Assembly (NCBI RefSeq): GCF_026571515.1
Contig: NW_026862005.1
Span: 124,001 to 188,000, forward strand
DNA length: 64,000 nucleotides
Origin: Ruditapes philippinarum
Taxonomy: Eukaryota
Direction of reading: 5' to 3'
Both the position numbers and the translations under genes were made by a program. This document shows positions 1-12,200 of the stretch, piece after piece. Under the pieces are notes generated by a model that was not told where the DNA came from, ran no database searches, and was given only the letters and a program-made list of their open reading frames with translations. The first letter of the stretch is position 1, and each line of letters opens with the position of its first letter.

Positions 1-142
1 ATTTTGCACAAGCATTAACTATATTCAGATACATAAGTTTAAACTTAGGTTACTTAAAAAATCATTTTGTTACGAATACAAATATTGGCTTGGCTTTAAT
101 AAGTCTCATTTTATGACATCATTTTAAATGATTTATTTTCAG

Positions 143-212
143 AAACCTATCAGAATGTGTGGAGCTAACAAGATTCAAGTACCTGAGAAGTCTGTGGCTG
201 AACAAGAACCGG
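143..212 (+). CDS. LRRC72: LRRC72 internal exon (NLSECVELTRFKYLRSLWLNKNR)
   Basis: ttttcAG acceptor at 141-142, GT at 213, LRR motif LxxLxLxxN. Confidence 0.88.
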
Positions 213-3200
213 GTATTTATAATTACCTTACCGGTATATAGAACTAAGTTGAAAAAAAATTAGTTGACCTTTTAGGGGCTAATGTTGAAACAATAAAAGG
301 GGAATGAACATTGTAGATTGTGGCTAAATGAGCAAGGTTATAAAAGCCTTAATCACAACAGTGTTTCAAGAGTGGTGTTCAGAAAAAGGATTGTGTTTAT
401 ATATCTGTCAACATCTAAATACTCTTTGCAACATAAAAATACTCATTTGGGGAAAACTTTTGGGGGCAAAAAATACAATGGGTTAGGGTCTTAAAACCAA
501 ACAATCAAGAATATAAGAAATCTGGGGTTGGAACACCTAATACTCATGGTAAGCTGCTTTGAAGACATAATACTCATGGTAAGCTTTTTGGAATATATAC
601 AACTCATTTTATGTTACTGGGAACATACTATACTCATGTTAGGCTACTTATGATTAGCTACTGGGACCATATATTAACCATGAAACATAATAGACAATTA
701 CATGATGGGGACACATTTTACTCATGGTAAGCTATTGGGAACACAATACATGTAGTAAGCTGCTTGGAACACAGACAACTCATGGTAAGCTTTTTGGAAC
801 ACATAATACTGGGACAGTTAGTTACTTAACTATGAACATTATAATACTTTTGGAAAGATACTCAGGGAACATATACATGTATTACTCACAATAAGTTATA
901 AAGAACACATATTACTCATGATAAGTTATTTAGAACACATACTACTCATTGTAAGTTACAGAGAACACATACTGGTCATGGTGAGTAATATAGAGAACAC
1001 ACACTATTCATGGTAAGTTATTAAGAACACATACTATTCATGGTAAGTTATTAAGAACACAGACTATTCATGGTAAGTTATTGAGAACACATACTATTCA
1101 TGGTAAGTTATTGAGAACACAAACTATTCATGGTAAGTTATTGAGAACACACACTACTTATTTTTAATTATTAGAAACACTTACTACTCATGGTAAGCTA
1201 TTTGATGGAACACTACATATTGATAACCATAGTTGTGACAGAGCAACTACATATTATATATATATATATATGTATGCATATAAATAAATAAAGATAAATA
1301 ATTAAAAGTGTTTACAATCTTTATTACCTATTTCAGCTGCGAGACATATCTTGTTTAGACAACAATTTCCAGCTAGCAGAGCTGTATCTACAGAACAATC
1401 AGTTAACTGATATAGCGGGCGTGTTACAACACCTGACAAGTCTTAAAGTGCTTATGTTACATAATAACCAGCTTACAAAACTCGATAAAGTCGTGAAAGA
1501 GTTCAACAAGATGCAGTGCCTTAAAATACTTAGTAAGTGAAAATTAGACAAATTAGAAGCCACATTCTTCATATAATTTTTACAATTTTATATTCCCTAT
1601 AGCAAAGCCTCTTTTAGCTATGTGCCATCAAAAGACTATGTTTTAGCAAAAAAATGTGCCATCAAAAGACTATGTTTTAGCTATGTGCCAAAGCAACATC
1701 AGGGAGCAATGTCTTTGGTGTAACTAACATTTATATTCCTTTTAATCTTTCCTATTGCCAATACCAAAAGTAAAATATATATAAGTTGTACAAGTATTTC
1801 TTCCATAAAGAATTGGCGAAAGCTGCTTTCCCATTCTGTTTAATACTGGTGCTAAAAATTTATCTTGTTGCTCAGGTTCCAGCATTAGTTACTATTTCAT
1901 TCTATATACTTTATATTTCATTTTGTAAGTTGCAGATTTGTTAAATAACCCTTTTTGCTTATCATTTATGCAGAAACCTTTATAAGTTGTTTTTTTCTAT
2001 AACTTGCCGTTAGTTTTTTTAATTATTTGTATTCTATTTCTTGTTTTTTCATTTTGGTACATTGCAGGTTTGTAAAATAACCCTTTTTAGCTCGACTATA
2101 CGAAGTATATGGAGAGCTGTCCTACTCGCCCCGGCGTCCGCGTCCGCGTCCAGATTTTAGATTAAAGTTTTGGTGCAGTAAAATATTTTTCACTATAACT
2201 TTGTCATTTCTTAAGGTATCAACTTCAAACTTCAAATATATGTTCCTTATCATCAACCACATCTTATGTGACAAGGTTCATAACTCTAGCACCAATATTT
2301 TCAGATTTATCTCCCCTTGAACATAGAATTTTCCTTAAAAAAATACTATTTTTTTACTATTACTTCTTTATTTCTTAAGGGATCAACCTCATACTTCAAA
2401 TATATGTACCTTATCATCATCCCCATCTTATGTGACAAGGTTCATAACTCTACGCACCAATATTTTCAGATTTATCTGCCCCTTGAACTTAGAATTTTCC
2501 TCAAAAAGTACTATTTCTTACTGTTTTCTTCTTTATTTCTTAAGGGATCAACCTCATACTTCAAATATATTTACGTTATCATCATCCCCATCTTATGTGA
2601 CAAGGTTCATAAGCTCTAGCACCAATATTTTCAGATTTATCTTCCCTTTGAACTTAGAATTTTCCATAAAAAATATTATTTTTTACTGTTTCTTATTTAT
2701 TTCTAAAGGGATCAACTTCATACTTCAAAATATATTTACGTTATCATCATCCACACTTATGTGACAAGGTTCATAACTCTAGCACCAATATTGCAAGAAA
2801 TTATCTCCCCATAAACTTAAGATTTTTTTACTAGAAAAATGTTATTTTTTATTATAACTTTTTTATTTTTAAAAGGTATCTACCTCAAACTTCAAATACT
2901 TATTCCTTATTCATCAATTACATTTTATGTGACAATGTTTCATATACTCTTGAAGCAATATTTACACATTTATCTCTCTTTTTAACTTAGGATTTTCTTT
3001 TAAGAAATATAATAAACTTCTTTACTTTTTAGCTCGACTATTCATAAGAATAAGCAGAGTATTGTAGTTCACCCGAGCGTCGGCGTCGGCGTAACCACTT
3101 ATGTTAAAGTTTTTGTAATAGTTTAAATATTTTCAAAGTCCATTGACATATGGCTTTGAAACTTTTGCACACTTGTTCACCATCATTACCCCACCTGTAA

Positions 3201-6200
3201 ACAGGAGGAGGTAACTGTTATCAAGCATTTTGACAGAATTATGCCTCTTTTTTTTGACTTAGAATTTACGTTAAAGTTTTTGTAATAGTTCAAATATTTT
3301 TCAAAGTCCATTGACATATGGCTTTGAAACTTTGCACACTTGTTCACCATCATTACCCCAACCCGTAAACAGGAGGAGGTAACTGTATCAATCATTTTGA
3401 CAGAATTATGCCCCTTTTTTCAATTTAGAATTTTATGTTAAAGTTTTTGTAATACCTCAAATATTTTTCAAAGTCCATTGACATATGGCTTTGAAACTTT
3501 GCACACTTGTTCACCATCATTACCCAACCCGTAAACAGGAGGAGGTAACTGTATCAATTCATTTTGACAGAATTATGCCCCCTTTTTTCAATTAGAATTT
3601 ATGTTAAAGTTTTTTGTAATACCTCAAATATTTTCAAAGTCCATTTACATATGGCTTTGGAAACTTTGCACACTTGTTCACCATCATTACCCCAACCCGT
3701 AAACAGGAGGAGGTAACTGTATCAAGCTTTTTTTTTTACAATCAAGCACTAAGAATAGTCGAGCGTTGCTGTCCTATGAACCGGACAGCTCTTGTTAAGG
3801 TACCTTACTTCAAACTTCAAATATATATTTCTTATCATACACAAATGTTGTTGTGACAAGGTCCATAACTCTAGCATGACTATTTCTAGAATTATTCCCC
3901 TTGATCTTGGAATTTATGTTAACAAATATCATTTTTTTACTATAACTTAATACATAATTATACATAATTGATTTTTCTTTCATAGTTTTGTCCTCCTTAC
4001 TGCGTCCAGTATTTTATTAGTCGAGCTTCGCTGTCTCCTGTGACAGCTCTTGTTGCTGATGCAGGAACCTTTATAAGTTGTTTTTGTTTCTATAACTTGC
4101 CATTTTATCTTGTTTTAACTTCCATAATTGTTTAACGATCCTGTTTGCTGAGGAGCTTACATATGCCAAAATCTCATTCTGTTACTTGCCATTTTATCTT
4201 GTTACTTACAGATTTGTTTAATAATCCTGTTGCTCAAGAGCCGGACTACAGACTGTATGTGATTCATTCAGTCCCATCAGTTGAATTACTTGACAGACAA
4301 GGTGAGTTTTGTGTGTGTGCAGTATCTGCAAGTCAATTAATTAATTATACTTTAGTAAACCTTTGAATGAGTTGAACTAAAACAAAACAAACAAAGAGCA
4401 CACACTTTTGCCACCAATGTAGTCTAATTCATCCATGAAGTCAAAGGTCATGGTTCCTTTTACTGGGCCCTGCTTTGGGGAGGCATTTGTCATTTCCAAT
4501 GACAGTTCTTAGTTGTATTTTGATATTAAAATCCCGTTACACTTGGATTTAACTGTTCCAAAATCAAAGCTTGACAAGTTCATTACATAAATTTAGCTGG
4601 TTATGGGATAGGTTTTCACCAACTTATTATATAAATTATAAATGCTTAAACTAAAGTTAAAATAAAATTTGGCACCATAGTTAAAATTTAGACAAACATT
4701 TGGTTGATATGTTATGATATTTCTAACATTGCAGAGGTGCTAAAGAGTGAGAAAGAGGCAGGAAAGAAAATATATGAACAGGAACAGGAGAAAATCAGAG
4801 AGACTGTTGCATTTGGACGCAGATCTGAGGGGCCACCTAATCTTTACTACCCAGGAAAAGATCAGCCTCTCACAAAATTTGGTATGATTTCTTTGTTCCC
4901 ATTTGTTCAAGAAAAATTTGAAAGCTAATTTTCATTGATGAAATTTATTACGTATTATTAGCTCGACTATTCGAAGAATATGAGAGCTATTGTAGTCGCC
5001 CCGGCGTCAGCGTCCGCGTCGGCGTCTGCGTTGGTTAAAGTTTTTTGTAAAGTCAAATATCTCAATTATAACTTGAGATATTCAATTGAAACTTACAATA
5101 GTTATTTATAGTAACAAGGTACATCAGCTTGGACAAGTTGGATAACTCTGCCTACAATATTGACAGAATTATGCCCCTTTTTAAACTTAGAAATTTTGGT
5201 TAAAAGTTTTTTGTAAAGTCAAATATCTCAATTATTGCTTGAGATATTCAATTTTAAACTTACAATACTTATTTATAGTAACAAGGTACATCAGATTGAC
5301 AAGTTGGATAACTTCTGCCTACAATATTGACAGAATTATGCCCCTTTTTAACTTAGAAATTTTGGTTATAGTTTTTTGTAAAGTCAAATATCTCAATTAT
5401 TGCTTGAGATATTCAATTGAAACTAACAATACTTATTTATAGTAACAATGTACATCAGATTGACAAGTTGGATAACTCTGCCTACCATATTGACAGAATT
5501 ATGCCCCTTTGGAACTTCGAAATTTTGGTTAAAGTTTTTTTGTAAAGTCAAATATCTCAATTATTGCTTGAGATATTCAATTGAAATTTAAAATTCTTAT
5601 TTACAATAACAATCAGTTTGCAAAATTGCATAACTCTGTCTGCAATATTTGCAGAATTATTTGCCCCTTTGAAACTTAGAAATTTTGGTTAAAGGTTAAA
5701 AATCTTCAAAGATATTTACTTGAAATTTTACACATGCACTTAGGGTCATAATTGGAGGGGCATAATTGTATGTCACTGACCAAGTTCCATAACTCTATCT
5801 TGCATTAAGGCTGATTCATATCCCCTTTTCTACATAGTCTCTTGGTTAATGTTTACATGCAAGTTTTACATATCTCTATAACTATTAAAGATATTTATTT
5901 AAAACTTCACATATGCATTTAGGGTCATAATTGTAGGTCACTGACAAAGATCCATAATTCTATCTTGCATTTAGGCTGATTTTTCTCCCCTTTTTCAACT
6001 TAGAAATTCATGGTAAAGTTTTGCTTGTAAGCTGTTATCTCAATAACTACTGAAGGGTTTGTGCCTTTTTTGGGACAATTTTATGCATTCATAATAATAA
6101 AGCAGTGATTTACTTGATAAAATATCTTAATAACAAGCTTTTGTACCTTTTCTGTCAAATTTATGTATTCATAGGTAATTAGTATTATTATACTCAATAA

Positions 6201-9200
6201 AAAACCCTCGTGACATTCCCTTCCAAATAGTCAAGCCAATTCTGTATAATTAGACTCTCTCTAAGACCTATAACATGAATTTATATAAAAAAATTAGCCC
6301 TTTTGTGAACTTAAAAAATTTAACATTATCAAGGCTCTTTTACTATCAAGCACTTAGAATAGTCGAGCGTGCTGTCCTACAGACAGCTCTTGTTTTTTTA
6401 TTATATTCAAGGAAAATTTTGCATACCTTCGTGTGAAATTTTAGGCCAAGCCTTTTAATGATTGTAATTCAATTGTTTTTATGCTTCCACAAAGTGGGAG
6501 CATATAGTGTTGCACTTGTCCTTCCGTCTGTCCGTCCGTCCGTCTGTCTGTCCGTCTGTACGAACCCAAATGTACTTGTGTGACTTGGAGGACAATGGGT
6601 AACAGTAAATTCTCTTTGATCCTATTCATTCTGTTTTTACTTGTGAGACTAAAAATGGCCAAAAAGATCAAAGGAAAAGTCACATAAGTACCATTTTGTG
6701 AGTACGTACGTCCCGAAATCTTGTGAACGCAACTCCTCTTAAACCGGATGGAATATTTTGCTTAAACTTACAGGGATGAACAAACTTAATGTGTAATGGA
6801 AGTAAAGGAAGGAATTTTTGCTGCAACCAAATTTAATAGAGTAATGGCCCTTTTTTGATTTTTTCACTATATACTATGTGGAAATTTTGTGAACGCAACT
6901 CCTCTTAAACCAGATGGCAGATTTTGCTTAAACTTACAAGGAAGAACAACCTTAATGTTTAGATGGCAGTTAAGGAAGGAATTTTTGCTGCGATCAAATT
7001 TAACAGAATTATGGCCTTTTGTTGATTTTTAGTTTTCAACTTGTGGCACATGTAGTCCAAAAAATATTTGACCTAGAGTCAAAAGATTGACAGAACAGTG
7101 GCGTGTGGGGGCATATGTGTCCTATGGACACATTTCTAGTACTTGGTATTATATGCTGGATTGTGTGGTATTTGGAGTAAATACTAAATTGTATTTATTA
7201 TTATATTATACCTATGCTACCAGTATAAAGCCATGTCAGTCTGTGTATTACCTGCAGTCTGAAAATGCTCTTTCCTGTTGATGGCTTAATTATAATAGCA
7301 AAAGCTAGTAATACAAACATATTTCATAAAAAGAGCAAAAGCTAAAAGTGTAGTTTGTTACAAGACCAAAAACTACAAACATATTTCATTACAAGAGCAA
7401 AAGCTACAAAAAGAGTTTATTACAAAAGCGAAACTACAAATATAGTTAATTACAAAAGCAAAACTACAAATATACTAAACTACTTTAGGAAAAGCTACAA
7501 ACTTAGTTTACTGTAATAGCAAAAGCTACAAACATTGTTTATTAAAATAGCAAAAGCTCCAAAAATAGTTTATTTTACAAAAGCTCCAAAATTAGTTTAT
7601 TACTATAGCAAAAGCTTCATACTTAGTGTATTTAAATAGCAAAAGCTACAAATTTAGTTTGGTGAAATAGCAGAAGCTACAAATTTAGTTTATACAATAG
7701 CAAAAGCTTCAAACCTTGTTTATTAAAATAGCAAAAGCTACAACTATAGTTTATAACAATAGCAAAAGCCACAAACCTAGTTTATTACAATAGCAAAAGC
7801 TACAAGTATAGCTTATAGAATTAGCAAAAGCTTCAAATATAGTTATTTCAATACCAAAGGCTACAAATATAGTTTATTACAAAAGCAAAAGTTGCAAACA
7901 TAATTCATTAAAAAAGGCATATTTTAAAAGATTGAAATGGTGTTTTATTATCGTTTAATGTATACATATATAATACAGTGCTGGAGTTACCTTGCCGATA
8001 CATTAAACCAGACAAGAGTGAGTGGTTTGAGTTTCTTTTTGTTTCCCAGAGATTTCTGTTTGTGTGGACTTTTACCTTTATCAATTTGAATTTGATTGTT
8101 TTTGTGGTTTTTTATTCTAACTTTTTGGTGTTGTTTAAAGGAAAATTAGATAAAAGTGCTCTTTTCTGTCACTGAGGAAAATATGTTTCAAGAACACTCA
8201 GGTTTTGAAATGTTTTGAAATTATTAAATCAATTGCTTCCATGTCCAAAATGAAAATATGTAATTATTCTTAACTACAAGCTAAAAGTAAGTATAGAAGC
8301 TGCTTTAAAATACTCAGTAATATTGTTTACTCAGGTATATTGTTTTTCTGAACATTTAATCAGAAAAACTTTTACATTTAATGTTCTGCTGCTAAGCTTT
8401 TTTATTCATCCAATTTGCTATTTTTTTTTTTTTTTTTTTTTCATTCTATATTTAGCTTTAACTGGCAAGCTTTAATTGAAGGATACATTTTCCACTTCCC
8501 CCCCCCCCCCCCCCCCCCCCCCCTATCTCTTTGTATTTTTCCTCATATAGATACTTTCACATCACTCTAGTATGCTTAAGGTGAAAAATGTGATGAACAA
8601 CATTCCATTTGGCGTGATCCTTCACAACATCATTTCCCATTCAATCTAATAGTTCCATCCTCAAAATAAATCTAACTTTGTTTCTGTTATAAATAGAATT
8701 ATTTGTTGTTTCTGTATTTGTTTTGTGTGTATTTTATTAAACTACAAAAATGGATTTAATATCATGTTAACACACACTTAGTTTGCAGATTAAAAGTATT
8801 GGCAGTTTTTATAATATTTTTACAAATTGTGAACATATGTGAGGAACCTAAATTAACCATTATGTTAGTCTTCATGTCATAGTTTATGTTCTAAAAAACA
8901 AAGAAACACAGGTTCCAACTCCAAGAAGCTACAATTATCTCAGGTGTGACTTATTTAAGGTACTATGTCCAGCACAACAAAAAACTGGGTTTAACATAGT
9001 GTAAGATGAAATTACAAAAAAATATAGTGTAATTTGAGCCAATGTTTTAATTTTATAAAAGAACTATGTTAATGCATTATTACATTATGTTGATGAGCTG
9101 GTTAAAATTGTGTCATATTGTGCACATGGCATGGACCCTGAAGCAAATAATCTTTGTTTGAATGTACAATGTATATAGAGTACATAATTCTATTGCATTG

Positions 9201-12200
9201 GTTGTCCTTTTCCTTTCTCTCGCAAATTCACCACATATGTATAATTTGAATTCCACTTGTGTTATGGTAATCAATACCATGAATTGGCTGGACTAAACCA
9301 TTCTTCAAGTTTTGGGGGGAAGTTTCAAAATATTTAATGGGACTGAATAGTGAACAGTGCAGACCATAATTGATCAGGCAGCACTGATGTGCAAGCTGGT
9401 CTTGGTCTGCACTGATCACATGAGTAGAATCTTTTGCTGCCAACAAGTTATATAAAAGTTTATTAACCAACCCATTAATTAAGCTATGACACATCTTTAT
9501 ATTCTATGTAAATGCAATGAGATACCTTTTCAAAAAATTGTCATTTTAAACATATTTATGTAAGCTTGATTATGATGAAAGCTTAAAACTTGTAAATGGA
9601 CCACTTTTGAGTCCACTATCTGTAACTTAACCAGTACTGGTGTCATAGTAGTGAAGAAATGGGTTGTGACCTCAGTAAGGCTTGAACCCGTGATCCCTGG
9701 GTTGAGAGGCTGACACTCAACATTCATCGATAAATAAAAGACTTGTAGTTCCGTTTTTTATTTTCCTTTTTTTCTTATCTTATATGATATTTGATTAAAT
9801 TAGTACATGTGTGTTTATAGATTAAATATATAAACATAAATTTTTTATCACATGCAATTTAGTGTTAAGATGTACATAAGCATTTTCAAAATAGATGCCA
9901 TTTTTAGCTCGACTTTTCTATGAAAAGGGGAGCTATCCTACTCGCCCCGGCGTCGGCGTCGGCGTTAGCGTTGGCGTCACACCTTGGTTAAGTTTTTCGT
10001 ACCACCCCACTTTATTTCAGAAGTATTACAAGTATGGCTTTTGAAACTTACCATACTTGTTCACCATCATAACCTCCATCTACAGACAAGAGTACATAAC
10101 TCTGTCAAGGTTTTTGACAGAATTATGGCCCTTTTTTGACTTAGAAAGTGTATTGAGCTTGGTTAAGTTTTTTGTACCACCTCACTTTATTTCAAAACCA
10201 TTGGAGGTATTGCTTTGAAACTGACCATACTTGTTTACCATCACGACCTTCATCAACAGACAAGAGGACATAACTCTGTCAAGGTTTTTGACAGAATTAT
10301 GCCCCTTTTTGACTTAGAAAATACATTGAATATGGGTAAAATCCACTTATTGCCTTAACCCTTTGAGATATTGCTTTTGAAACTTTTAATGCTATTTCAC
10401 ATCATTACCCCCATCTGTACGCAAGAGAAGGTAACTCTGTCAAGGATTTGTTTTAAAAATTAAGGCCTTTTATCGACTTAGAATCTTGGTTAAGTTTTTA
10501 GTACCAGTCCACTTTTTGACTGAACTGTTTGAGATATTAATTTGAAAGTTGGAATACTTGTTTACCATCATGGTCCCAAAACATGGGCAGGAGAAGGTAA
10601 TTCTGTTAAGGATTTTATTTGAATTATGGCCCTTTTTGACTTAGAAACTCAGTTAAGATTTTCATTCTTGTCCACTTGTTGACTTAACCATTTGAGATAT
10701 TACTTTGGAAGTTGGAGTTCTTATGTGCCATCATGAGACCTATCTGTAAGCAAGAGAAGATAACTCTGTGAAAATGTTTCTTGATTTGTACTTAGAAATT
10801 CCTAGTTAAAGTCTTGTGTGCCCTTAACTGTCAAAGTTTTGTTTTATAGGCAAGCACTAAAAAAGTCGAGCGCGCTGTCCTTCTGACAGCTCTTGTTATC
10901 TTCTTTTGTTTATTTTCTTTATATCTTATTATTTTTCTTTTTTTTTCTTATTTTCAAAGTTTAGACTTATATAGATTCAAGATAATTTATTAATTTAGTT
11001 TGGTCGTTGAAATGTCTTATGGAAGCCAACTTATTAGGTAGCCGACTTTAAGTTTAATGTTTCTGAATTTTGTACCAGTTTAATGTAACATCAAAAAAAT
11101 GGACTTTTGTTCGAGTCAATACAGTTAATGTTATTTTATATGGTAAGTTGTTGTGAAGCATTTCATTTTGAAACAAACAAATAATATAATTTGCACCTAA
11201 GGATTACTAATTTGATTTTAATGAATAAGATGATTTGCAAAGGATTTTTTTGTCATATCGGGTTAAGAAACGTATGGTTATATCTGTAACATGGTAGATA
11301 AACTGTTACGTGTAAGATAATTTGTATCATGTATGGTAATCTGTTACATTTAAGGTAATCATTAATCTGATACATGTTAGATAATAACTTACATGTTAGA
11401 TAATCTTATACATATTACATAATATGCTACTTGTAAGATAATCTGTTACATATAAGGTAATCTGTCATATGTTAGGTAATCTGTCATATGTTAGGTAATA
11501 TGTCATATGTTAGGTAATCTGTCATATGTTAGGTAATCTGTCATATGTTAGGTAATCTGCCACATGATAGGTAATCTGTCACATGTTAGGTAATCTGTCA
11601 TATGTTAGGTAATATGTCATATGTTAGGTAATCTGTCATATGTTAGGTAATCTGCCACATGATAGGTAATCTGTCACATGTTAGGTAATCTGTCATATGT
11701 TAGGTAATATGTCATATGTTAGGTAATCTGTCATATGTTAGGTAATCTGCCACATGATAGGTAATCTGTCACATGTTAGGTAATCTGTCATATGTTAGGT
11801 AATATGTCATGCATTAGGTAATCTGTCATATGTTAGGTAATCTTTCATACGTTAGGTAATCTGTCATGCATTAGGTAATCTGTCATATGTTAAGTAATCT
11901 GCTGCATGTTTGATATTCTGTTAAATGTCATGTAATATGTGACATGTTAGGTAATCTGTTACAATTTAGGTAATCTGTTACATTTAAGGTAATCTGTTAC
12001 ATGTTAGGTAATCTGTTACATGTTAGGTAATATGTTACATTTATGTTAATCTGTCACATTAAAGGTAATCAGTCACATGTTAGGTAATCTGCTACACATA
12101 AGGTAATAAGACAGTCAAATGTTAGGTTATATGGTACATTGTAGTTTGATAACCTGTCCTATGTAAGATAATCAGTTACAGTTGTAAGATAAATTTTGTT

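Noticed and set aside
2317-6683. ORFs inside HINE arrays (2317, 2432, 3186, 3674, 5239, 6441)
   Set aside because: Translations of tandem monomers or microsatellite with no Rep/helicase motifs
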